A stretch of 64,000 nucleotides of DNA from Spirochaetota bacterium (lineage in GTDB: Bacteria; Spirochaetota; UBA4802; JAFGDQ01): contig JAZDKB010000004.1 of the NCBI GenBank assembly GCA_043803405.1, positions 155,617 through 219,616 on the forward strand. The letters are read 5' to 3'. Under the pieces are notes generated by a model that saw only the letters and a program-made list of their open reading frames with translations, was not told where the DNA came from and did not search any database. Within the stretch, counting starts at the first letter, position 1. Every line of letters begins with the position of its first letter. Shown one piece after another: positions 1 to 9,426 of the stretch. Position numbers and translations under genes: made by a program.

Positions 1-594
1 GATTTTGAAGATGATAATATAGAAGAAAAAAGCGATGAGCTGGCAACCTTATCAATAGCCCAGGATAAATACGAGAAAGCAATTTCTGAAAATTTTAAAT
101 CAGGCGAGATCTTTTATAATCTGGGAAGAATATATTATAAAAAAGGACAATACGATAAAGCTGTTACTACATGGCTTAATCTTTATGAGGATTTTATTGC
201 TCAGCCGGAATTGCTTTTTGCATTGGGGAATGCGTTTTATCACCTGAGGAATCTTGAAGCCAGCAAGGGAGAATATCTGAAAGTCATTTCTTTTTATGAA
301 GGCAAAGCTGAAAATATAAAAGCAGTTTATCCTTCAAGAGAGGAACACAGTAAAATATTTCTTACATTATCATCCGTATACAATAATTTGGGCGCTGTAT
401 ATCAGATTCAGAATAATGAGACAAAAGCGAATATAAGTTACTGGAAAGCAATTGACAATGCTAATAAAATTGAAAGGGAAAACGAATTTGCACGCGTAAA
501 TCTGGCCAGGGCGTTTAAGCAGCACAAGGAAGCTGCGCAGCCTGTCCTTGATGAAAATATAGCGGTAAATGTGGAAAGTTACACTGATTTTTAA
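1..594 (+). CDS. TPR-repeat protein, C-terminal part (5' end outside window); resembles spirochaete flagellar collar protein FlcA-like TPR proteins
   Basis: Frame +1 is open from base 1 to TAA at 592-594; TPR-like helices (FYNLGRIYY, LFALGNAFY, YNNLGAVY). Confidence 0.7.
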   Translation, partial: DFEDDNIEEKSDELATLSIAQDKYEKAISENFKSGEIFYNLGRIYYKKGQYDKAVTTWLNLYEDFIAQPELLFALGNAFYHLRNLEASKGEYLKVISFYEGKAENIKAVYPSREEHSKIFLTLSSVYNNLGAVYQIQNNETKANISYWKAIDNANKIERENEFARVNLARAFKQHKEAAQPVLDENIAVNVESYTDF

Positions 595-595
595 T

Positions 596-913
596 TTAAG
601 ATTCAACTATCTTCGTAATCTTAGTCTTTTCATTTAAATTGATATCGATAAATTCTATACCCATGCCGGATGGACTATTCTTACCGTCTCCTTCGCTCAA
701 CCATCTGACAATTCCTTTAATCTCGATATTCTCTTCATCGGGACCGATAACGGAAAGCTGTATTTCAGATCCGATATTAACAGGTTCGGGTGTTGAAATG
801 AAAATTCCACCGTAGCTTAAATCTTTTGATGAACTGAAAGTCATCCCGTCAGATGAATGGACTTCTGATTTTATTTTTTTTGAGACTCTTGGATGTTTTC
901 TTTTTTCGTTCAT
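596..913 (-). CDS. PilZ domain (c-di-GMP-binding) protein
   Basis: RxxxR (KRKHPR) and DxSxxG (DLSYGG) motifs, C-terminal GMGIEF. Confidence 0.9.
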   Translation of the reverse strand: MNEKRKHPRVSKKIKSEVHSSDGMTFSSSKDLSYGGIFISTPEPVNIGSEIQLSVIGPDEENIEIKGIVRWLSEGDGKNSPSGMGIEFIDINLNEKTKITKIVES

Positions 914-1020
914 TTTATTTTCTTCCTGGTATTATTGTCTTATTGAAATTAACTGGATATCAATTTAATTTATTATAATATACATTGACAAATTTACAAC
1001 TTTTTTTTATTTTAAAGGAT

Positions 1021-1455
1021 ATGGAAAAAAAAATTTTTGAGGATGATGTTTTTTACAGCATTAATTGGTCGCGGCCGAATCAGTGCGACAGGCATACGGT
1101 CATGGGTATCCCCAGCGTAGCCGGTATTGTCGCTTTATTTCAGAAAAGAAATGATATTATAGAATATCTGCTCTTTTACGCATGCTGGAAGAGCGGAGTC
1201 AGAAGCGGCGTGCGCGATCTTCTTGATCCAACCTTTAGCCAGTTCCGCGAGCTTATAACTTTGTCCGAGAATAAAGATCTAATGTTCAATTTTACAGTTG
1301 TTGATACGAGTCCGCAGGACATGCAGGACATTATGTACTGGCTGATAAAAGAATACAGCCCCAAATTAAATAATATCAAAGATTTTCTTGATTCCGAAAG
1401 ATATAAAAATATTTATCTGCTGGAAAAATTCGAGGGAGATGCGGACGATAAATAA
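1021..1455 (+). CDS. hypothetical protein
   Basis: ORF with ATG at 1021 preceded by AAGGA; no recognised motif. Confidence 0.6.
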   Translation: MEKKIFEDDVFYSINWSRPNQCDRHTVMGIPSVAGIVALFQKRNDIIEYLLFYACWKSGVRSGVRDLLDPTFSQFRELITLSENKDLMFNFTVVDTSPQDMQDIMYWLIKEYSPKLNNIKDFLDSERYKNIYLLEKFEGDADDK

Positions 1456-1457
1456 AT

Positions 1458-1530
1458 TGGGTTGCCCGAGAATCGAACTCGGAACCTATTGATTAAGAGT
1501 CAAGTGCTCTGCCAATTGAGCTAGCAACCC
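1458..1530 (-). tRNA. tRNA-Lys (anticodon CTT); CCA end not encoded
   Basis: Reverse complement GGGTTGCTAGCTCAATTGGCAGAGCACTTGACTCTTAATCAATAGGTTCCGAGTTCGATTCTCGGGCAACCCA folds as a cloverleaf with a TTCGA T-loop. Confidence 0.95.
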
Positions 1531-1716
1531 GTGAAAAAAGCTTGTAAAGCATAGTTTAGAGGTGATTTTACTGTCAAGTTTTTTTTAAAACTTAATGTGT
1601 CAGCAGAATAAAATCCGTTAATTTTATTATAATTCGAGAAAATACAGATTATTATCCCGGATAAATATAAAGATCAATAAACAACTTATATTCGTAATAT
1701 TTTAAAGGAAAACAGT

Positions 1717-2694
1717 ATGAGTAAAAATAATTATGATGTCGCGGGCATAGGTTCACCGCTGATCGATTTTACAGTTAATGTTGATGATGCTTTACTTGGC
1801 GAACTTGGATTAAAGAAAGGCCAGATGCATCTTATAGATGAAAATAAAAGCAAAGATATATTTTTAAAATTAAAGAATTATAAAATCGATAGAACGCCCG
1901 GCGGTAGCTCTGCGAATACGCTCGCCGGATTGGCATTGCTTGGTGGAAAGGGCGTGCTGTTCGGCACAGTCGGGAATGATGCCAACGCAGAATTCTATAT
2001 TGAGGAAACTGAAAAGGCAGGAGTAAAGACCATGCTCAGCCGCAACAGCAGCATGACAGGGCACGCGATTACTTTTATTACAATTGATTCCGAACGCACT
2101 TTTGCAACCCATCTCGGCGCAGCGCTGAATTTCAGAAAAATAGATGTTGCCGAACACGAGATAAAAGCCAGCGGCATTTTGCATATTGAAGGATATCTTT
2201 TGGAACTGCCGGAAGTCAGGGAGGCAGTTAAATATGCAATGTCAATCGCGAAGAAAAACGATGTGAAGATCTCCATCGATCTTGCAGATCCCGGGCTGAT
2301 AGCCAGGATTCCCGATGTAATTGATGATACGGTAAAAAATTATGCCGATATAGTTTTCGTTAACGAAGCTGAGGCAAAAGTCTATACAAGGAAAGAAAAA
2401 GAAGCAGCTCTTGACGCAATTTATTCCAGCTGTGATGTTGCGATTGTAAAACTTGGCGAGCACGGCAGCCTGATAAAGAAGGATTCGACTACATATCGCA
2501 TACCTGCATATAAAGCAGATGTCGTAAACACTAACGGGGCAGGGGATATGTACGCGGCGGGTATACTTTACGGCTTGTCGAAAAATTTGCCCATTGAAAA
2601 AGCCGGAAAGATCGCGAGCTATGCCGCATCATTGGTCGTATCACAGGTAAGCACAAGGCTAAGCAGAAAGATCGATATAGAAAGCATAAAATAA
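1717..2694 (+). CDS. PfkB family carbohydrate/nucleoside kinase (adenosine kinase-like)
   Basis: GGSSANT, VFVNEAEA and NTNGAGD PfkB signatures. Confidence 0.9.
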   Translation: MSKNNYDVAGIGSPLIDFTVNVDDALLGELGLKKGQMHLIDENKSKDIFLKLKNYKIDRTPGGSSANTLAGLALLGGKGVLFGTVGNDANAEFYIEETEKAGVKTMLSRNSSMTGHAITFITIDSERTFATHLGAALNFRKIDVAEHEIKASGILHIEGYLLELPEVREAVKYAMSIAKKNDVKISIDLADPGLIARIPDVIDDTVKNYADIVFVNEAEAKVYTRKEKEAALDAIYSSCDVAIVKLGEHGSLIKKDSTTYRIPAYKADVVNTNGAGDMYAAGILYGLSKNLPIEKAGKIASYAASLVVSQVSTRLSRKIDIESIK

Positions 2695-2704
2695 GTATTA
2701 TTAT

Positions 2705-2809
2705 TAGAGTTATTGCAAAACTGTCATTCCGACCGAAGGGAGAAATCTCTCGATTGCTATGAGATTTCTCCCTTCGGTCGAAATGACATTGAGATATGCA
2801 ACAAGTCTA
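2705..2809. repeat. Palindromic REP/MITE-like element between convergent genes
   Basis: Inner inverted repeat TGTCATTCCGACCGAAGGGAGAAATCTC / GAGATTTCTCCCTTCGGTCGAAATGACA; outer imperfect inverted repeat TAGAGTTATTGCA / TGCAACAAGTCTA. Confidence 0.75.
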
Positions 2810-2811
2810 TT

Positions 2812-3951
2812 CTATATAGGGATATAAAGTTCAAGGCCGGGCTTAATTGAACCGGGATTTTTCAGATTGTTAAACAGCATAATTTTTTTCACCTGCGTTT
2901 TATAAAGCGATGCGATTCGGCTGATGCATTCGCCTTTTTTTACAACATGTTTTTTAAGGTTGTTGAATTTAATATCGTACAGGCTTGTAATATTATTTTC
3001 GAGTTTTGCTTTACAGCCTTTAGGTACAATTAGAGTGTATTTTTTTTCAAAAGGCGGAGTAATATTCTGGTTTAATTCCGGATTAAGACTTTTTAAAGTC
3101 TCAACTGGCACATCAGCAAGAGTTGCGGCGACTTTAATTTTTACAGGATATTCAAATACAATTTTTTCGGTCTCTGCTGCTATAGGTGAGGCTGCTTCAT
3201 CTCCAATATCAAAAAGCTTTTGATTTTTATAAATTACAAGAAGAGCCGCAAACCGGTAAAGGTATTCATTAGTCTCTCTTTTTAAATATCCGCTCTCGAG
3301 CAGTTCAGTGACCGACCTGGACCGGGTTTTAATCATGCTTCTTTTAATATAACCTGCACCGCCGTTGTAGGATGCAAGCGCTAATTCCCATGATCCGAAC
3401 ATGGAATATAAGTTTCTCAAATGCTTTATTGCTGCTTGGGTTGATTTTTCCACGTTTCTTCTTTCATCTACCCAGTTGTTGACTTTTAACTTTAATGGCC
3501 TGGAAGTGCCTTTTAGAAACTGCCACAAACCTACAGCTTTGCTTCGTGAAACGGCATACGGATTAAAGGCGCTCTCAAGCAAGGGAAGCAGCGCAATATC
3601 TTTCGGGATATCGGAATTTTCGCTGAATATTTCTTCGATTCTTCTTAAGTATCTGTTGGAGCGCGTGAGTGCAGCAGTTAAATACTCCCTCCCTTCGTTG
3701 AGATATAGAAAAATAAATTTTCTGACATGCCTGCTCCTGCAGATTGAAAGATCGCTTATTGAACTGAAAAAGTCCTTATCGTCCTGAGGAGGAAGAAAAT
3801 AAAAAATTTTTCCGGAACCGGCTGACGCTTTCTCGCTATCACTTGTGGCAAACAGGTCGGTAAAATCCAGACAGAAAGCGCTTTCTTTAAATAAAGAAAA
3901 AGATGAAAAGAATATCAGGATGAAAATTAGTATTTTATATGTTTTTTTCAT
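2812..3951 (-). CDS. Lytic transglycosylase with LysM domain (MltD-like)
   Basis: SLT motifs ESAFNP, AVGLWQF, LASYNGG; C-terminal LysM (HVVKKGECISRIA); likely start MKKTYK (signal peptide) at 3951. Confidence 0.88.
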   Translation of the reverse strand: MKKTYKILIFILIFFSSFSLFKESAFCLDFTDLFATSDSEKASAGSGKIFYFLPPQDDKDFFSSISDLSICRSRHVRKFIFLYLNEGREYLTAALTRSNRYLRRIEEIFSENSDIPKDIALLPLLESAFNPYAVSRSKAVGLWQFLKGTSRPLKLKVNNWVDERRNVEKSTQAAIKHLRNLYSMFGSWELALASYNGGAGYIKRSMIKTRSRSVTELLESGYLKRETNEYLYRFAALLVIYKNQKLFDIGDEAASPIAAETEKIVFEYPVKIKVAATLADVPVETLKSLNPELNQNITPPFEKKYTLIVPKGCKAKLENNITSLYDIKFNNLKKHVVKKGECISRIASLYKTQVKKIMLFNNLKNPGSIKPGLELYIPI

Positions 3952-4073
3952 TTTCGATAACTGATTTAAGTAGACTCCTATTATTGGTTTGACAATGATT
4001 ATTGACAGGATTACTATTGCCTGCCGGAAATATCTGCATATTGAACCGGATTTAAACACGTCGAAATTCACTG

Positions 4074-5177
4074 ATGAAAAAAATTACAATTTATATAGCA
4101 AAGGAACAACTTTATCCGTTCTTAACGGGATTCATCTTTTTCACATTTATTCTAATGCTTCAACAATTTTTTTCACTGGCAGATCTATTAATAAACAAAA
4201 ATGTTAAAGTATTTCTTGTATTAAAATTATTTTTAATAATGCTTCCGATTACAATGTCTTTAACAATACCGATGTCGGTTCTGTTCTCTTCTATAATGGC
4301 AATGGGCAGGCTTTCCGGAGACTCGGAAATTACGGCGCTCAGAGCTTCGGGCATATCCATTTACCGTATCATTAAACCTGTCATTTTATCCGGCATCGCA
4401 ATTTTTATTTTAATGATTGTATTCAATGAAACCGTGCTTGTCTACTGCAATAAAAATTATAATAAAATATTTGTGGAGATATTAAGAAGCAGCCCCGCGT
4501 CGATGCTGGAAGACGGGGTTTTTACAACACTTGGAGATAAGACAATATGGGTGGAGAAAATCAGCAAAAGAAACGGAAAACTAAAAAACATAATGATATA
4601 TAATAAAAATGATGACGGGGGATGGGATGTCATTAAAGCCAGGGGCGGTATTTTAAGGCAAAATGAGGACGGGAGCAAAACATTAAAACTTGATTCCGGG
4701 AAAATATTTTCCAGCAAAATTAAATCGGGTTCATTTTCGGTTATCGATTTTACCCAGGGCAGTTCCGAGCTTTTGCTTTCCGAAAGTAAAATAGAATATA
4801 ATGTCGCGGATAAAACAAATCCCGGCGAGATGAACAGTTTTGAACTGTACCGGATGCTGACTTCCGGCAAAATGAATAAGAATAAAAGGGAAATCGCTCT
4901 TTACTGGATAGAGCTGCATAAGCAAATTGCGATACCTTTCAGCTGTATAATATTTGTTATTATAGGAGCGCCTGTAGGAATATCGTACAGAAGAAACGCC
5001 AGAGGCATAGGTTTCGGTATAAGTATAATTATTTTTTTTGTTTATTATATATTGTCCATGCTTGGGCAGTCCTTTGCAGTCAAAGGAGTAATAGAGCCTT
5101 TAATAGGCGTGTGGTATCCGAATTTTTTACTTCTTATTGCAGGAATAATCCTGCTTTTTTATAAAGAAAAAGCGTAG
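4074..5177 (+). CDS. lptF: LptF/LptG family LPS export permease
   Basis: GRLSGDSEITALRASGIS motif; 3+3 TM layout around a periplasmic domain. Confidence 0.85.
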   Translation: MKKITIYIAKEQLYPFLTGFIFFTFILMLQQFFSLADLLINKNVKVFLVLKLFLIMLPITMSLTIPMSVLFSSIMAMGRLSGDSEITALRASGISIYRIIKPVILSGIAIFILMIVFNETVLVYCNKNYNKIFVEILRSSPASMLEDGVFTTLGDKTIWVEKISKRNGKLKNIMIYNKNDDGGWDVIKARGGILRQNEDGSKTLKLDSGKIFSSKIKSGSFSVIDFTQGSSELLLSESKIEYNVADKTNPGEMNSFELYRMLTSGKMNKNKREIALYWIELHKQIAIPFSCIIFVIIGAPVGISYRRNARGIGFGISIIIFFVYYILSMLGQSFAVKGVIEPLIGVWYPNFLLLIAGIILLFYKEKA

Positions 5178-5376
5178 CGAATTATCTGTGGATTTTTTTA
5201 AAGGGATTAATTAGTATTCGGGGAACAATTGAATTTAATCCTATGATTTCATCACCGAAGTTTGAATTATTCACTATTCACTAATTATTAATTTAAAAAG
5301 GTGTTGAAAAATATTTATTGATGTGGAAATAATAGCGGGTGAATTAATAAAAAAATAAGAATAAAAGGAAGTCCTG

Positions 5377-5991
5377 ATGGAAGCGGTAATTATATGGTAT
5401 TTGACTGACAACGACGAAGGCAAAGATACTGCAAAGAGAATTAAAAATATAGGCATTGACGTTAAAACCATACCAGTAAAGTCATTAAAAAAAGAAAATA
5501 TACTGCCCGAAAATATCAATATATTTATATTTGATTTTACTAACCTCGACCTGACAAAATTATTTTCTTTGCTTTCTGACGATAAATGCTTACAAAATTT
5601 TCAAAAGTTCGTTATACTGGATAAGAAAAACATCAAAGAGGCTTTAAATAAAGCAGTCGGTTTTTTACATACTGAATTCCTGTCAAGGCCAATCAACAAA
5701 AGGGAATTTATTTTACTGATTGAAAAATCTGTTATAATCGAAAGATATAGGGAAGTGATGAGACTGATTTCCGAGGAAGCGGAATCCAGAATTAAAACAT
5801 ACGAGAATATACTGGATATTAACAGGAGAGATATTTTTAAGCACGGCGGAGGAAAACAGGATTTTAAAAATATTCTGAAATACGAAAAAAATTTGGGAAA
5901 GAAACCTGATTTAAATAATATTAGAACTGTCCGGGGAAATAAGTCAAAACCCGGAGCCGGCTCAGTGAATAAAACATCGGGAATTAAATAA
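5377..5991 (+). CDS. hypothetical protein with degenerate receiver-like N-terminal domain
   Basis: Receiver-like pattern (IFIFDF...EFLSRPINKREF) without a clear canonical acidic pocket. Confidence 0.5.
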   Translation: MEAVIIWYLTDNDEGKDTAKRIKNIGIDVKTIPVKSLKKENILPENINIFIFDFTNLDLTKLFSLLSDDKCLQNFQKFVILDKKNIKEALNKAVGFLHTEFLSRPINKREFILLIEKSVIIERYREVMRLISEEAESRIKTYENILDINRRDIFKHGGGKQDFKNILKYEKNLGKKPDLNNIRTVRGNKSKPGAGSVNKTSGIK

Positions 5992-6013
5992 TAAAGGTAT
6001 AAGCTGAAATTCA

Positions 6014-6286
6014 ATGGAATTGGAAAGCGTTTTACAGGACGTCATTAAAAGTAATGAAATAAGGGAATTATATTTAAAAAAAATTCCTGTTTTAATAACA
6101 TGTGATAACTGGAAAAAAGTCGTTCCTATAGGATGGGTGGAGCATAAAACAAATCTGGCGTTTTACAGAGGCGGGCTTGTGGAACTTAAAGGAAGGATTT
6201 ATTTCGTGTCCGATAAAACCATAGACGCATTATCCGAATTTATCGATTTTAAATTCAAGAATAAAATCCACGTAATCATGGAATAG
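6014..6286 (+). CDS. hypothetical protein
   Basis: 90-aa ORF co-oriented with the upstream gene and convergent with the next. Confidence 0.6.
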   Translation: MELESVLQDVIKSNEIRELYLKKIPVLITCDNWKKVVPIGWVEHKTNLAFYRGGLVELKGRIYFVSDKTIDALSEFIDFKFKNKIHVIME

Positions 6287-6289
6287 CCA

Positions 6290-8152
6290 CTATTCAACAG
6301 CTTCATCAAAAAGGTTAATTACAGCATCATTTTCTTTTGCTATTTTAATTATTTTATCCATATATCTTCTGTCAATTATAGCGTAATCCGCGGAGATCCT
6401 TTTTATTATGGAGTTTTTGATTTTGCCGTGGGCGATCTTATCGATAAAAGATGTTTGATCTGTATATAATATTACGGCATTGAATATTTTAAGCCTGATA
6501 GTCTGATTTACCCACTCTGTTATAAGGAAATTCAGATTGTCAGGGATTTCGGTCTTTAAATGCGTTCTTAAAACATTAAAAAACATTTCATTGCTCATTC
6601 CTCTTTTAAGCGATGCAAGTATTGATTCCCGGCTTATTTTTGTATGCAGAATGACATCGTTAACAATGATTTCCGTATGAGTGAGTATGTGATATAAAGC
6701 ATCGGAGGAAATATCGTGCTTCGGTGTGATAATAGTAAAATTTGAGTCCAGGTACATGTTTTTTACATCTTTCTGAACGCCATCATTTGTTTCTTCCGTA
6801 TGTATAATTTGCAATTTATGCGCTATTCTTAATCCGATATCCGAAAGTTTTATAAGGTTATTCTCCGATTCAATTATTCCCGTGATGCATAAAAATTGCG
6901 TGCAGATATGGAAGGTTTTATTTGTGTTTTGCTTTATTTGTTTTGTGTTTATGAATTGATCGCCGGACAGCTGCGCAACGTAATTGATATAATGTGCCGA
7001 TTCAATAAATTTATATGTATTATTATTGTTTTTAAATATAAGATTTATGGTAAATATCAAATCCTTATATTCCGGAATCTCGAACGGGGATTTTAGGATA
7101 GAATCATTAATCGGAAAATCGTTAAGCTGTATAATAATCTTCAGCAGCCATTCGAGCGGATCATCCAGGTATTTTTCAATATTTTTTAAAGATACTATTA
7201 CAGAATCATCTTTAATAGATAAGCTGTTCTGAACATTCAGCAGATACAGACAAAGCTGGGATATCTTTTCTGCGTCAAACTCCGCTCCGTCCGGATCTGA
7301 AAGTTTTATCATGGAATCTTCAAGATGTTTTTTGTCGATTTTTCGGAACTCTTTCTGTTTTGTTAAAAACAGACCGTAAGTGGAAACCGTGTCGTAGGTC
7401 TTCAGCAAATTAAGCAGCAAATAATACCTGTTATGAACGCTTATATTCTTCTTTGCCTGGTCGGGAGTTTCGATCGCAAATGCCGCAAATATTTTTTTCG
7501 AGAGCGCTATATATGTGTGGCCCGACAGAGTCAATTCGTGAAAAACGTGAACATACTTTTTTTGTATGAGATCAGTAATAATTTTATCGGTTTGTTTCTG
7601 CGGCGTTAAATTCTCAAACTCCTTTAAGGATATCATGCCGCCTTCGTTGTAAATATGCGCGAGCAAGTCAACCGATGCCTTCGGCAAAGAATTTACAGCG
7701 CCTTTTATGCCGGAAAAATCCTTTAATTCAATTATTCTGTTAATATCCCTGAAGTAATCAAAAATATGATTGTTGTCTATCGGGTTTAAAAAATCCCGGA
7801 TTTCGGATATTAAATGGATTTTATCCATTTTATTATTCAGTTTTTGCCTGTTTTTCAGAACAGATAAAAGCAATATACGCGAGAGCTTATTTGTATATTT
7901 CTCTATCTTTTCATTTTCCAGCTTGAACCGCTTCTCCAGTTCCGCAAAGGTAATGCCGTTTTTTTCCTTATGCGCGGCATAGAGAATGTTTCTTTCGTCG
8001 CAGTTAAGCTGCGACACTATCTGAGCCATGCCCGAATACGAAAGAATTATGTTGGCAAGACTGCGCGACGAGTCCTTAATATTTAATGATTTTTTTAATT
8101 CCTCGATCTGGGAAGCGGATAAGGTTTTTATTATTTCGGATAAATTCTTCAT
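6290..8152 (-). CDS. Helicase-associated (XPB/Ssl2 N-terminal, Helicase_C_3-like) domain protein
   Basis: C-terminal SNFTII...ISRESILASLKRGM...IPDNLNFLITEW pattern; no helicase motor motifs. Confidence 0.65.
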   Translation of the reverse strand: MKNLSEIIKTLSASQIEELKKSLNIKDSSRSLANIILSYSGMAQIVSQLNCDERNILYAAHKEKNGITFAELEKRFKLENEKIEKYTNKLSRILLLSVLKNRQKLNNKMDKIHLISEIRDFLNPIDNNHIFDYFRDINRIIELKDFSGIKGAVNSLPKASVDLLAHIYNEGGMISLKEFENLTPQKQTDKIITDLIQKKYVHVFHELTLSGHTYIALSKKIFAAFAIETPDQAKKNISVHNRYYLLLNLLKTYDTVSTYGLFLTKQKEFRKIDKKHLEDSMIKLSDPDGAEFDAEKISQLCLYLLNVQNSLSIKDDSVIVSLKNIEKYLDDPLEWLLKIIIQLNDFPINDSILKSPFEIPEYKDLIFTINLIFKNNNNTYKFIESAHYINYVAQLSGDQFINTKQIKQNTNKTFHICTQFLCITGIIESENNLIKLSDIGLRIAHKLQIIHTEETNDGVQKDVKNMYLDSNFTIITPKHDISSDALYHILTHTEIIVNDVILHTKISRESILASLKRGMSNEMFFNVLRTHLKTEIPDNLNFLITEWVNQTIRLKIFNAVILYTDQTSFIDKIAHGKIKNSIIKRISADYAIIDRRYMDKIIKIAKENDAVINLFDEAVE

Positions 8153-8322
8153 TATAAAAAAGTTGTGGACAGTGCGATGTGACTATCTTATTAAATGCCT
8201 ATTTAATAAACAGGCGCTTATTTGTGCAATCAGTTTTAATAATTTAAAAGAAATTTATTAAAATATAAAATATTATTTTGGATATCTATCTTTTACTAAA
8301 GATCATTTTTTAGGAGCATTTA

Positions 8323-9414
8323 ATGTTACAATTTTTAAAATTTAATAAAAATATAACGACCGAATCCGAGTTCCCGATAATTGCAGGCAGTGAAAGTATT
8401 AAATTTTTCTTAAAAAGAATCGGATATGTAATATTTTTCCTTTATTCTACCACTTTTATCGCTGCGATTGATCCGTTTGTTATTAATATTATGTTTCAGA
8501 AAATCGTTTTTTATGTCGGCGGCTTTATTACAAGTATTATTTTAATCAGATTAATCAGTCATACGCTTAAATTCATGAAATTTTCCGGCGGGAAAATAGC
8601 GATTAAACCAAATAAAATTATTATTTACGATAAAAAAGGAAATACTGAGATATCGACCGATAGCTTACGCATTGTTCAAATGAATTTTTTAGGAAATATT
8701 ATTATCAGGGATCAGAATAACCTGGTATCCTTTCCTATTATGCTTATTTCCGATGCCGATAGAGAAAGATTTTTACTTAATTTTGATGATTCTGCAAAAA
8801 AGAAGACTGCTTACTTAAAAAAAGCATACGATTTTTGCGACTCGCTTCTCATTGCGTTTATACTTGCGATGCATATCCGCGAATATATTGTACAGGCATA
8901 CTATATTCCATCCGGCTCAATGGAAGACACTCTTTTAATAGGAGATCATCTGCTGGTCGAAAAGATCACTTACGGCCCCATTATTCCGAAGATGGGCGGA
9001 ATGAGCAAAGAGATGCATTTAAAAGCTTTCGGCATAAGGGATATTGAAAGAAACGACATTTTAATTTTTAAACCGCCGAATGAAATAGAAAGGGATTTTA
9101 TCAAACGCTGCATTGCACTTCCGGGCGATGAGCTCCATATTAAAGAGAATGCCGTTTTTGTAAACGGCAAAAAATTGAAGGAACCGTTCACCAAAGGATT
9201 CACAAGTTATGACGGATTTCCTGAGAAAAAGCTGGAAGGAATTGTTCCGCAGGGCCATATTGTTGTAATGGGAGACAACAGGGAGAACTCATCGGACAGC
9301 AGGGCCTTCGGGTATTTACCCGTTGAACGCATCAAAGGAAGGGCGTTTATCCTTTACTGGAACACAAAGCATTTTAAGAATTTTGATTTTTCCAGATGGG
9401 GTCTGATAAGATAA
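8323..9414 (+). CDS. lepB: Signal peptidase I with N-terminal membrane extension
   Basis: IPSGSMEDTL (catalytic Ser), FIKRC (catalytic Lys), GDNRENSSDSR. Confidence 0.92.
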   Translation: MLQFLKFNKNITTESEFPIIAGSESIKFFLKRIGYVIFFLYSTTFIAAIDPFVINIMFQKIVFYVGGFITSIILIRLISHTLKFMKFSGGKIAIKPNKIIIYDKKGNTEISTDSLRIVQMNFLGNIIIRDQNNLVSFPIMLISDADRERFLLNFDDSAKKKTAYLKKAYDFCDSLLIAFILAMHIREYIVQAYYIPSGSMEDTLLIGDHLLVEKITYGPIIPKMGGMSKEMHLKAFGIRDIERNDILIFKPPNEIERDFIKRCIALPGDELHIKENAVFVNGKKLKEPFTKGFTSYDGFPEKKLEGIVPQGHIVVMGDNRENSSDSRAFGYLPVERIKGRAFILYWNTKHFKNFDFSRWGLIR

Positions 9415-9426
9415 AAAATAATTCGA

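Noticed and set aside
1458..1530. tRNA as integration site of a prophage or island
   Set aside because: No integrase and no duplicated tRNA 3' end were seen; the flanking genes are ordinary.
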